From Sphyrna mokarran (Eukaryota), in assembly GCA_024679065.1 (NCBI GenBank), contig JAGIQG010000001.1, forward strand, positions 151,590,001-151,654,000: a stretch of DNA of 64,000 nucleotides, in the 5' to 3' direction. Both the position numbers and the translations under genes were made by a program. The notes beneath the pieces were generated by a model, which searched no databases, was not told the origin of the DNA, and saw only the letters and a list, made by a program, of their open reading frames with translations. Numbering within the stretch: the stretch's first letter is position 1; each line of letters opens with the position of its first letter. Positions 52,457 to 64,000 of the stretch are shown here, in pieces.

Positions 52457-52585
52457 CTTTCGAGGCGGTGTTGATTTTCCAGGGTCTAGATCCAGGTCTA
52501 AGTATTCCACTTGTTGTTTGTCACCTTTAGATCTTGTTAAACTGCTTCCCCCATCACCACATTGCAGTGCTCCTTGTTTCATGGT
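52457..52585 (-). CDS. GAB1: GAB1-type coding exon with the SHP2-binding YLDL motif
   Basis: ttttttgcAG and GTacac. Translates [43 protein letters not shown]. Confidence 0.93.
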
Positions 52586-53993
52586 CTGCAAAAAAGTCAA
52601 CAGGTAAATTTGACATGACCACAGGGACAAAATGTACAGCTTAATATCACCAACCTTTCCCAACTAGTTGTTGCAATACAATAGAGAATAGGTTGCTTTC
52701 TAGTGGACAAAATTGCAATTATAAGGTAATTACATTTGATAATCTGTTTTGATTGTTGAACTTTAATCAGGTCAAACATTGTGCAAATTTAGTTGTTTAG
52801 TACAGTATTGCTGGAAAAAGACACGTTGTCGAAGCTTTTTGCCTACTAGTTATCATGATAACGTGCAAGAATGACAAATAAAAAGGAACAACTTCATGAG
52901 AAAAGGATGCTGATTGGTTAGCAAGTGTACTCTGATTGGTAAAGGCATCGTCATAACTTAATTCATGCATTCAGTTTTACAGCAATACTAAAGACATATT
53001 TATTAAATAATTGTTTTCATCAATGCAGTAATCTAGGTTCTACATCTACTTGTTGATGAGGTTGCTGAAATCCAGTTAAAGGGAAGATGTGCCTGACAAA
53101 CAGGCCCCTCTGGAATCACTACGTAGTCAGCATTAGTCAAATGGTTGCAGGAAAATCTTTTCTTTCTTCAGCAATACCTCTATTAACAAAGGAGGGACAG
53201 GAAAAAAACTCATTCAACTAATGTAGTCAACTTCAATTGTCAGTTTGGGTCTCTTAATGCCTGGTCAGAAGAGAAACACAAAGACTGTATGATTACCAAG
53301 GGCTGGCTGGAGAATATTATTTTGTTTCATCTTGTTTCAAGATTTTTAGAAAGTTCTCGAGAGGCAGTATGAGATTATGTGAGGTCATGTCATAAAACAG
53401 TTAAATTAAAATGAAAATAAATGATCCTATTGGTTCAGAAAAGTGAGAAGAAACTAATAGTAGGAACCTATATTTCTGTGTGATGTACAAATGATAATTA
53501 GTTTGGCTGCTGAAAGATACTTTCTGAATGCTAAGCATTCTCTGGAGGGAGAAAAACAGCAACCTGACCTACACTGATTAAGTGTCAGTGTTCAAAGCAG
53601 GAATCTAACTTTTCTCCTGTCCCCAGGGTGGGAAGTAGTTCAGGCGAGTTCAAATGAGCTCCTCTGTATCCTATTTCAACAGGAAATTAACTGAAGCAAT
53701 TAATACATGACAAATTGTGATTCTGAATTGCTTACATCAGATGATAGTTGTCAATTCATGAACTCAAAATATGTCTCATTATATCCAGTAAGAACAGAAG
53801 CAATTGCAATGAATGAGTCCTGCAATCTCACTACCATTACCTGGGACCGTTTAAAAATAAATGTACTTCCTTGATTATGTATTTCTAGCTGAAACAAAAT
53901 TGCTGTTTCGAGAGTCTTCTGAAGAAGAATTAATAATATTTATAGCCCTTCTAGAAGTTAATTGGCACATTATGCCTTCTTGTAAGCAATTAT

Positions 53994-54262
53994 GTAAGAG
54001 TCTGGCAACACCAAATTTAAATCCAACCGATTTATTTGATAGTAAACCTGCTAGCCTTCGGCGTTTGTGCCTTCGTCAGGCGAATGAGGTGTTCTGGTCT
54101 CCAAAAGCATGCTTATGGAGACCAGAACACCTCATTCGCCTGACGAAGGCACAAACACCGAAAGCTAGCAGGTTTACTATCAAATAAATCGGCTGGATTT
54201 AAAATTGATGTTGCCAGACTTTTACTGAGTTTACCCCAGTCCAAAGCTGGCATCTCTACATC
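53994..54262 (+). mobile_element. Palindromic Penelope-derived element, family B, copy 2
   Basis: About 110-bp near-perfect inverted arms 53994-54103 and 54116-54225; tail TTTACCCCAGTCCAAAGCTGGCATCTCTACATC; TSD GTAAGCAA(T/A)TAT at 53982-53993 and 54263-54274; CTGACGA...GAAA core. Confidence 0.88.
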
Positions 54263-55303
54263 GTAAGCAAATATCCCAGAAGCATTATAGTTACAGAAAC
54301 ACCTGAACATCATTTCTCTTTAAGACTCTGTACATTTGTAACATATTAACAGTGTTAACTGAACTGACTGCTCAAGAGTGGCTCACCATAAATAACAATG
54401 CTTTACACTGAAAACCTCTTTTCATTAAAAATACACAGTCTTACTGAAAAACAGCTGCTTACAGAAATGAAAGCTGTGGTTCCAAAATCATCCCACCTCA
54501 TCTCTTCTGTCCATTCCCATGTTGATACTTCTCGCTCAATGGGTGTAATAGGAACAGTACAATAGAAGGACTCTTCACTGAAAAGAAATGAAGGGACAGA
54601 AAAGAAAGGAAATGGTAAACTTAAAGAAAGGAGAAACCAGAGCAAGTAGAAAGCTTCAGAAAACTCCGAGGAAAAGCCATGATGTAGAATAGCACAGACC
54701 TGAGTGGAAAAAAAATGAAGTAGATGGGAAAACAATACAAAAATAGTATTAGAAGATGACAGTATTCGAAAGGGCAACACAGGCGTTTTGGTGTCTTAAG
54801 GGAGCTAGGATAAAAAATAAGATAGCTTCTAACATAAATCATAAAAGGAAACAAAGGAAAAGGAGTGATTAAAGAGAAATACAAACCAAATGAGAGAATT
54901 CACAGATACAGAAGGAGTCCTTCCAAGTGTATTATTCCAAACTGAGAACATGACAAATCCAATCCCATTTTGCAAAAGATAAGGTATAGATTATCATGAC
55001 TTACCCAAATGCAGATTTACTAATAACTAATACCTCAACTTTTTTTTTAGTAACACTAAAGTAGCCATGCAATGATACTATATACAATTTTAATAAGAAA
55101 TGGAACTTCTTTTTAAACAGGATGTTTCATGAGAAGAATCAAATCAACCTACGTTAAAATCAGAAGGATGATCACCACTGTTGCAAATTTTAATGGTGAA
55201 TGCTTCAAAATATTCTACCTACATTGCACTATACTTTGTTTCTCTGCTGAGACTGTGACATGATAATGCTATATGAAAATCGATGAATCTGAAGGTTACA
55301 TAC

Positions 55304-55430
55304 TGGATCGTCTGTGGAGGGAGCAGACTCCATGGCCACGTAGTTCTCTTCACTATCCTCCTGTGAGTCAGTGCTGGAAGCAGTGCTGTGTATGGAAGCT
55401 GGTCGGGGATTGACAGGAAACCTGGAGTGG
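55304..55430 (-). CDS. GAB1: GAB1-type coding exon with a YxxM (PI3K p85) motif
   Basis: aatcAG and GTatgt. Translates [43 protein letters not shown]. An alternative in-frame acceptor lies 6 nt upstream (exon edge 55436). Confidence 0.9.
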
Positions 55431-57137
55431 CTGATTCTTAGGGATTATTGGGGAAGGAAGAGAAGCAAGAATCCAAACAATTACACTTTATGATCTTCCC
55501 ATATACACGATCAGCATTTGCAAAGTATAACACTGTATGTGAAGCAGTGGACCGAACCAAAGACTCATGGATAAACCACAAATTATACTCAACTCAGGAC
55601 ATGATAAAAATCACGCCAAGTTAATTAATAAAATATATTGTGTAAATGAGTTTAAAAGCAGAGATAAATCCAAGTTTGTCCCATGTCCAATTTTATTGAT
55701 GTACAGACTGCTTGGAATAATTTTTTCAAATTAATTTTCCAAGTAGAACAGTTTTTGGTAATTAGTATCAAATGTGAATTCATGTAAAATGAAAAAATGA
55801 CAATCATATAGGACATTAATTGAAAATAAGTGAGTAGGAGCCTGAAACAGATCATTAGCTCCCAAATAAGCTTTTCACTGGACTTACGTCCAATGTTATA
55901 AAAAAAATTTGTGTATTATCCAATTCATGAGATTAATCTACTTTCGCTAAATGTAGGCAAATAATTCCAATAATAGGGCAGATGCAAACGTCGAATTCTT
56001 AAGTGGAATTAAATTGACTTAATCTCCTCAAATTGAATGAAAATACTTATGTTCAACTGAAAGTTGTGGGTTCATGCCTTGATGTAGAAAGTTTGGTGCA
56101 TAATTTTTGCCAGCTATTCAATGTGGTTCTGAAGGAGTACTGCACTATCGGAAGAACTGTCTTTATAATGTGATGCTAAGTTCAGGTCCTGTCTCTCCCC
56201 CTTTGTGTAAAATGTTCCACACCACTATTCAAATGAAGAGGGTACTTGTCCCATTGCGCTGACTTACATGAATCCGTTAATCAACATTATTAAAACAAAT
56301 GATTTGTTAATTTCTTTCAATGCTGTTTGTGTAACCTAGTCATTATCCCTACATTAAAACAATTGACTACACTTCAAATATATCTTACCGACTTGGAAGA
56401 GCTATGGAGCATTGGTCATGAAACGTGCTAAAGTAAGTGCACATACTTTCTTTCATTTTAACATAAAACAATGCAAAAAGATTTTTAATTTCTAGCATCA
56501 GTTTACAAGAATATGTTGAGGCATAGCCATTATTCTTCCAAAGACTTGAGAAAACAAGACTATCAATTTTACCAAAAATGTTCAAATACTGGGACCTTAT
56601 CTGGTGCAGGATAAAAGTTTCAGTGTATTGCATTGACGAGTGTTAAGAATACATTGCACTGTACTAAATGATGCATCAGCTGCTCTGGAAATGAAAAATG
56701 ATGGTGTTTAAATTCTCATTAAATTGCCCTTGTGCACCACCTCATGGCCAGCTTAAGAACAGCACAGCCAGAAGCCTTTCTGCTGATTTACCCTTCTGCA
56801 AGTAGTTTATGATCCAATCAGAAAACAGGGAGCTAGAAAATAAGGATGGCAGAAAACAAAAGATGGTCCATTTGCTGCACACATTTCTTATGTGCTCCTT
56901 TAGCTTTACAGGTAAAGTTGTCCAGTTTTAACACAACAGATTGTCATATTGTGAAATGCAAAAATAGACTTGTGATCACAGAAGATAGGGATTACATTAA
57001 CATAAAAAATTTGCAACTCATCTGGAATTTAAATTATGGGGATAAATTTATGCATGTCTGATTTCTAAAATATTTTCTGGATGTGGACACCACTCAAAAA
57101 TTTAGTGTTCAAAAATGTTTTTAGATGTATTCTTTCA

Positions 57138-58450
57138 AGGGATGTGGGCATTGCTACTAAAGCCAGCATTTATTGTCTATCCCTAATTGCCCTCCAGAGG
57201 GTGATGATAAGTTTTCTTCTTGAATACTGCAGTCCATCTGGTGTAGGTACATTCAGCGTTGTAAGGAAAGGAATTCCAGGATTTTTGATCTAGTGACATT
57301 GAAGGAATGGTGATACATTTTCCAAGTTAGGAAAATATGTGGCTTGAAGGAGAACTTGAAGAGGGAAGTGTTCTTAATCATCCGTGCCCTTGTCCTTATA
57401 AATGCAGAAGTCACAGTTTTAGAAGGTGCAGTCAAAGAAGCCATGGTGAGTTGCTGCAGCACGTATTGTAGATGGCAAACACTTGTCAACATGTATAATT
57501 TAGGTGGTGGATGGCGTACCAATTAATTGAGTTGCTTTGTCCTGGATGGTGTCGAGGTTCTTGACCATTGTTGGAGCTACATTTGTCCAGGCAAATGGAG
57601 AGTATTCCATTACACTCCTAACTTGTGCTCTGTTGATGATGGACAGACTTTGGGGAGTCAGGAGGTGAATCATGTGCTGCGGAATTTCCAGCCTCTGAAC
57701 TGTTCTTGTAGCACAGTATTTATATAATTACAGTTCAATTATCAATATCTTGGAGAGTTGGAGTTGGGGTGAAGTGGTAAGACACCATGCACCAGAAAAT
57801 GAACTGGACCTGCCATACAAATATTGTGCACACACACACACCACTCTGCTTTGGAACTCTCATGCAACCCCTTCACTGTCACTATGTCAAAATCCTAGAA
57901 CTTCCTTCCTAATAGCACTATGGGTGTTCCTACAATACATGATTCAAGAAGGCAGCTCGCCACCAACTTCTAAGGAGCAACAAATGCTGACCCTGACAAT
58001 GATGCCTATACCCCCTGAATGAAAATGTTTTGAAAAAGGAATAGCTAAGCTTCTGGTCAATGGTAGGCTCAAGGACGTTGATAGTGAGGGATTCAGTGAT
58101 CGTAATGCCATTCAATGTCATGGGGAGATGGTAAGAATCTCTCTTGTTATAGATGGTCATTGCCTGACACTTACGCAAATGTTATTTGCCACTTAACAAC
58201 TGAAGCCTGAATGCTGTTCAGGTCTTGCTGCTTTGCATATGAATTACTTTTATATCCAGGAATTGCGAATGGTGCAATCAGTGAACATCTCCACTTCTGA
58301 CCTTAGGACGAAAGGAAGGTAATTGATAAAAGCACCTGAATATGGTTGAGCCTAGGATATTGCTTTAAGAAACTCCTGTGTCCTGGGACTGAAGTAATTG
58401 ACCTTTAATAACTACAACCACTTTCTTGTCTGTTCAATATGACTTCAACA
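57138..58450 (-). mobile_element. Decayed CR1/L2-type LINE 3' region with an internal oppositely oriented piece (about 57800-58030)
   Basis: Minus frame KCQAMTIYNKR..HLPMTLNGITITESLTINVL..TIDQKLS is typical of post-RT sequence; 3' end motif CCAGCATTTATTG.CTATCCCTAATTGCCCT. Confidence 0.75.
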
Positions 58451-59176
58451 GTGATGAGCTCTCCCTCCAATTCGTACGAAAACTGATCCAAAGATTTCCA
58501 AGGATTTATAATTATACCCATACAACTAGTTTATCTTTCAGTCATATTTAGCTTTAGTTGGCCTAATTTTTGCATCCTCACCAATCCAAAGCTTGGAAAC
58601 AGATGAAAAATAGATTGTACTACTTTCAATAGCCAAGCTAATCAGTAGATGTTACATAGCTAAGTTAGGGAGACTGAAAAAGCATATGCTTATCAAGAAT
58701 GGAATCGAGAATGCATTGATGTACTTTTATAAATGAATTTTTAATTTCTTTTTAAAATCCAAGCTAACATCTATATCACCCAAATTTGGTGGAATCAAAC
58801 ATTGTGACCACATCCAAACCTTCATGGAGAAAAAGTTAATGTATAAAGCAACCAATTAATATTTTATGCACAATTTTCAAGCAATACAGGCTGAAATTAC
58901 AAAATATATGTGATCCTAAAACAGAAACATTCCTGCAAAAAAATGAACACATAGGGATTTATCACACTGATAATCTCTATTTAACTAATAATGAATAGAA
59001 TAGACTGGAAGATTTAGCTATTCAATATAGGCAATTAAACATTTCAGAACTAGGCTTTTTCCAGTCAACAGTTTGATGTATTTCTGTGCAATATACTGTA
59101 AAAGTAACCATAAAGGTGGTACAAACAAGCTCTGGCTTGCAAGGATTACATTCTTTCAGCTGATACACAAGCCAAG

Positions 59177-60570
59177 TGCCACAAATAGATTCTGGTGTTT
59201 GTTTTGTTATTACAGCAATGCAAGTTTTTCTTTCTACAGAACAGGGTGTGGACCAGTAAATCAAACACTCCTACAACATTGTGCTATGTATATTTCAGAA
59301 TTCAATCAAGAGCCCAGTTAATAATTTTGTGGGGTTAAGTTTTAATATCAGTACTTCTAGGTAATAGATGAAAGGAACAGTAGTTTATACAGTATACCCC
59401 CTTGCAAAAAAGAGCACAGTGCCTGAAGTCACAGCATACAATTATAAAGCCTTCAGTAAAATATAAATTATGCAAGGTTACACGTTAAATAAATAAAAAC
59501 AAATCTAGGTGGAATTGCCCATTTTTGAAATTAAGTGCAGTGGTGGTTGGGTTCCATGACACATCCTGCTGGGCAGTGTGGTGGGAAATAATACCTGATT
59601 TCACACTTGTTCGCTCATTAATTACGTATGATTTTATCTCTGAATTACGTGGCGGGTCGAGAACTGATTCGCTCGCCCTTACTGTCAGCTGGTACCATAC
59701 TTAAACACTAAAATCACTCTGTCTAACTCAGCCTTCAGAAGAGGAGGTATGGCAATGGCCGTGGCAAAGAAAAACGTTGCTCCAAGATTTTGCAATGACT
59801 CTGTGGGGGCTCTTATGAATGATGTGAACACTAGGATACCCTCTACACTAGGGGTATTCAGGATGTCTAACAGCCTCATCGGCCTGGTATACCTTTGTGA
59901 GGGTGGTGAGCTCATTGGGTAACCGCCCTCAAAAAGGCAATTCAGTGCAGGAAGACAATGACTGATTTCATCTGCTTCGCCAGGGTAAGTCACCCTTCTC
60001 CTCATTCCAATCTCATATTCTCAATATGGCATCATGCATTCCAAGGGTTACACTGCTCAGCAATCTCACACAATATTAGCATGGACACATCATCAACATT
60101 TCATCTATCATGCTGCACAAACTCCATCTATATTGGGGAGGGCTCAGCACACACACAAGGTATGCATGCTTCCCAACTCTCTTCATCATATTCCATCAAC
60201 ATATCTTCATCCAGTCCAAGCTTGCCTAGAAAAAAAGAGGGAGACATCCCAAGCTGGGAAAAGAGCGACGAATGCAACAAATACATTTTGGTGTTTGTTG
60301 TGTTATTATAGCAATGCACATTTTTCTTTCCACAGAACAGGATGCAGACCAGAAAATCAGAGTCCCTACCGTGTAGAAGGAGGAAGCCATTCGACCCATC
60401 GAGCTTGCACCAACAACAAGCTCACCTAGGCCCTATCCTCTTAACCTCGTGTATTTACCCCGCTAATCTCCCGACACCAAAGATCAACTTACATGGCCAA
60501 TCAATCTAATCTATACATCAAACACTCCTAAATGCTGTATCATGTATATTGCATAGAATTCAATCAAAGA
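59177..60570 (+). repeat. Direct duplication of about 135 bp (59177-59311 and 60273-60570); second copy split by a SINE fragment at about 60360-60517
   Basis: ACAAATA.ATT.TGGTGTTTGTT.TGTTATTA.AGCAATGCA...CAGAACAGG...AAATCA|AACACTCCTA...GAATTCAATCAA occurs in both copies. Confidence 0.85.
59748..59989 (+). mobile_element. Decayed PIF/Harbinger Myb/SANT (NAIF1-like) exon within a larger DNA-transposon remnant
   Basis: KKNVAPRFCNDSVGALMNDVNTR ... (frameshift) ... KKAIQCRKTMTDFICFAR followed by a GTAAGT donor; resembles the PRFS..L..L and QCRKR..DL motifs. Confidence 0.55.
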
Positions 60571-61674
60571 TTCATTCTTGGACCTCTTTGGACACATTAT
60601 AAAATGTGTAACCTTATCAAAACATCCCCTGTTATCTTTTATGCTGATTAACCTTAACTAGCTCTTCAGCAAAGAGTAGATTCCATTTGGTCTGTGATCC
60701 ATGCCAACTGGATGAAGAATCTTAGAGATTGATCTAGCAAGTCTGCAGCAGCCGTGTTTTCCAGATACTTGACCTCATTTCCATTCTCACATTCCTCTCT
60801 GTTGAAGCTCAAATTAAGTGACTCCACTGTGAAGCTAGTGACTCCTGCAATCTTTTTAAAGCACTTAAAAGGCAACAGTTCCAATGTAACTTTCTCCAGG
60901 GGATCTTTCACTTTTCTCCTATCTCTGATTCCATTTCAATATTTTGAATGCAAATAGATCGAGGCTGCCCCACAACATGGGGTCCCGAGGGGAGCCTTGG
61001 GATCCTCTGATTTACTGACTCGGAATTCTTCCCGCCAGATACTTTTTCACATGGGATTTGTTAGTGTGCCATTATTTCAATTTGCCAAGATAATGGCACA
61101 CAGATTTTATTAGACCAGCTTTGATCATCCCCCAATGAATGCTATTATTCCTCCAATTTTCCTGGAATCCTACAGTTTCAGGTAGAGCTCCCCTATTATT
61201 CTACAACACCACTCTTCACTAATCCTGGATCCTAGTTATAGTGGTCAGGATGCCATCCTTCCCGCCTGTATCTATACCTTTAATGACATCATGCCACTGT
61301 GGACCTTGACCCTCCCTATTGAGGCTGTGAGAATTGTCACAGGAGAAACCCAGGAAAGTCTTGAATAGCCCCTCTGTATTATCATTTCCCCCTTTACAAG
61401 CCACAGGTGTCTCCCCCGACTCTTAGCATCCCATCTATGGCCCAGTATCAAGACAGATAAGACCTCAGCCGATGACAGCAAGATCATGGCCTACACACCA
61501 AACCATGTCTCATTCCAGTTGAGCACATAGGCCTTGCTCCTCCCTGGTGGGATTACAACAGGCATGTCATGCATAGCCCGAAAAACCCTGAACTTAATTC
61601 AATCTCACACTCTGACCATCAGGTATGCTAAGTCCCAGGAATAATTTCCCTCTTGCACCCTGATTACTTGGCCC

Positions 61675-61885
61675 CAGTAAGAAGTCTGATAACACCAGGT
61701 TTAAGTACAACCAATTTATTTGATAGTAAACTCACAAACTCTCAGGGTTTGCCAGGTGAACACCTGACAAAGGGCAAATCCCAAAAGCTTGTGAGTTTAC
61801 TATCAAATTGGTTGGACTTAAACCTGGTGTTGTCAGACTTCTTACTGTGTTTATCCCATTCCAATGCCGGCAGCTCTACATCATA
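61675..61885 (+). mobile_element. Palindromic Penelope-derived element, family B, copy 3 (decayed)
   Basis: Inverted arms CAGTAAGAAGTCTGA...TCAGACTTCTTACTG (61675-61847) and the same tail CCAATGCCGGCAGCTCTACATC. Hammerhead boxes mutated (CTGACAA, CAAAA). Confidence 0.8.
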
Positions 61886-63154
61886 CTTGATCTCAGAGCA
61901 GCAATTTTGAACATCTTTCTCTTAATTCTCCCATTCCTTTTTGATTGCTGACAACAGTGTTCCTCCCCCTACAATGGCCCTCATGAGCAAGCCTCTCTCA
62001 TCCCTTACATCCTTGAATCTCGGTGCAAGCCTTAATCACTTATGCCACACTCCCCACCCTCTTTTGCAAACTGCATGCACCCATTCCAATTCATTTAGTT
62101 TTGTTGCCATTCCACTCCTTACTGTGTCTGTGTTTCAGTCTTTAATATTGGGTTCTAACTTCCTCCACCTATGGTCTCCCATCTGCCTCTGCCATTGTTT
62201 TCCCAACTCCTCCAGCCCCATTGTTGTCCATTGTCCCCTCCCCTACCCAGGCCCATCTCCCTGGTCGCAAAGCTCATCTTTGTCTGGTTTGCTGTCCTGT
62301 CTGGGCATCCAGGTAACCTTCTTGGACACTGCAGGAAGCCAATAAGGAGAGCAAGTCTACACTGCCACATTACTGGTGCAGTGTTTCCCAGGCCTTGGCA
62401 AGACTCGGATCAGCACTTCTGCAGATAGGCTTTAAGTGTCACACTCATCTTGAATTCATGAGTGAAGCAGTGGCCCATTTCCAAACATGTTTCAGACTGC
62501 TCTTATTTTTTACTAACGTGGTGCTAGATTAGGAAGGCTGAGAGAGTCCGGCAAATGGAATTTTTAATGAGCAGTCATGAAAAAGGTTAAGGTATGCAAA
62601 TGGGATTCCTGCCTGGATTAATGGGAAATGCAACCCACCATCCATCATTGTCTATGAAATATTGTGTTTTTCTCACACCATTTCTTCACAATAGCAAACT
62701 GGCCACTGCCTGACTCTTGGTGATGAGTGATGAGAAAATTCAAAACTGTTTTGGGTTTCCAATTTTTGACTCCTCTCCCACCACAAAAGCTGTCATGGAG
62801 AAAATTCCGTCCTCTGTTCATTAAATAAGCTTAATGCATATAATCTTAATTCTTTTGCCGGCGTGAATCTGTGCTCCAGAATAGGATGGTACATGAAGAA
62901 AAGATAAAGCAAGTATAACTGTTGAGAATGAAAGATTGAGATCATGTGGCAAATAATGTGAGCCTATAGAAAGTGAGAATTAGGTTCAAATCATTTTGGG
63001 ATCCTAGATCTGAAGAACAGGTAACCTGGAACGTCAACAGAACGGGAATTTTGTGTTAAAGAAGTGGGAAACTGAGGAAATGCAAGTCAGGATTCATATC
63101 TTAGGTTGTCAGAGACAGGAGTAGTGATAGGAGAGAATACAAGATTCATCTTAA

Positions 63155-63428
63155 AAGTTAAAGCTTGTTTATTAGGCACAAATAAGGTTTACATTAACGC
63201 TGCAATGAAGTTGCTGTGGAATTCCCCTAGTTGCCAGAGTCTGGTGCCTGTTTGGGTCAATCAGCATGTCTTTCAGAATGTGGGAGGAAACTGAAGCACC
63301 TGGAAGAAACCTACGCTGACACGGGAAGAGTGTGCAAACTCCACACTGACAGTGACCCAAGCTAGGAATCGAACCTGAGTCGCTGACACTGTGAAACAGC
63401 AGTGCTAACCACTGAGCTATCGTGCCAT
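63155..63428 (-). mobile_element. tRNA-derived SINE (same tail type as 6566-6865)
   Basis: TACATTAACGCTGCAATGAAGTT...GCAGTGCTAACCACTGAGCTATCGTGCC. Confidence 0.8.
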
Positions 63429-63715
63429 TCTGTGTATGCATTGTGTCAGTTTGATAGCAGAGTCAGAATGGGAAACTCAAAAGTTTCTAGTAACTTTGTT
63501 CAAATCTCCATGCTAACTTGAGGTAACTGCCTTTTTGTGTCTTGATACACTGCTCTACCGTTCACACCTTTAAATTTCCACGAACATTTAAAACACATAA
63601 TTAATGCAAAATCAGCTGTACTTAAGGATTGATATATCCAAACCTTGTTGAACAAATGCAATGTGACAAAAACGCAATACTTTACAGATAATATTAAGTG
63701 ATTGTTAGGACTTAC

Positions 63716-63815
63716 TCTCTGGTAAAGGTTTTGGTCACTGGCGATCTCACTGGAGCTAATTCTTGCATTTCTTCAAATTCAGGTAAAGGTTTAATTTCCA
63801 ATGGGGCAGGTTTAA
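63716..63815 (-). CDS. GAB1: GRB2-associated binding protein 1 (GAB1-type) coding exon; upstream exons lie beyond the window
   Basis: Minus strand tatacacAG and GTaagt. Translates [33 protein letters not shown] (human GAB1 [31 protein letters not shown]). Confidence 0.9.
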
Positions 63816-64000
63816 CTGTGTATAAAAAATGCACATGAATATACTTGCTGTAGGAAATTGCTGGGCGTCATTTAACAAACAGCATACAAAATATTAAATA
63901 TGCTGGTGGCATGCTTACAACTCAGAGCATCATTTAAAATTGGAAAAGTATACAACTTGTAAATATCACAGACATATTAATTGGGGATTATTGAGGCCTT

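Noticed and set aside
53093-53179. Minus-strand segment with a good acceptor encoding ...NADYVVIPEGPV, an SH2-motif-like peptide, in a GAB1 intron
   Set aside because: In-frame TGA at codon 4 and no convincing donor; cannot be supported as an exon.
53861-54313. Mirror-image ORFs on both strands with near-identical peptides
   Set aside because: A direct consequence of the palindromic element, not protein-coding evidence.
141-63441. The many 60-140 aa ORFs in the six-frame track as independent genes
   Set aside because: They are chance ORFs in AT-rich intronic DNA, read-throughs of real exons, or frames of decayed retroelements; none forms a coherent gene model.

Overview
AT-rich vertebrate genomic DNA, most likely from a shark or other cartilaginous fish, judged from HE1/V-SINE-like and Deu-SINE-like elements and CR1, Rex1 and Penelope-like remnants. 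The window holds the 3' halves of two convergent spliced genes. INTS10 (+ strand) has 10 constitutive coding exons from 1249 to 31091 plus a 72-nt cassette exon. A GAB1-type adaptor gene (- strand) has its last 4 coding exons from 63815 to 51460. Most ORF-track entries are noise or decayed retroelement frames. The main observations are: (1) an INTS10 minor-spliceosome (U12) intron that appears to end in CG rather than AG/AC; (2) a family of short palindromic Penelope-derived elements, two with target-site duplications, carrying back-to-back minimal hammerhead ribozyme cores, one of which looks intact; (3) a dense RBFOX-motif cluster and several candidate alternative or poison exons in the last INTS10 intron; (4) a 2.2-kb intron-like insertion with CAGG direct repeats that splits an old LINE and contains an unevenly conserved inverted repeat; (5) an antisense U2 snRNA 5' fragment downstream of INTS10. 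Gene identities come from manual translation and my recollection of the human proteins. No database search was run, and repeat boundaries are approximate.
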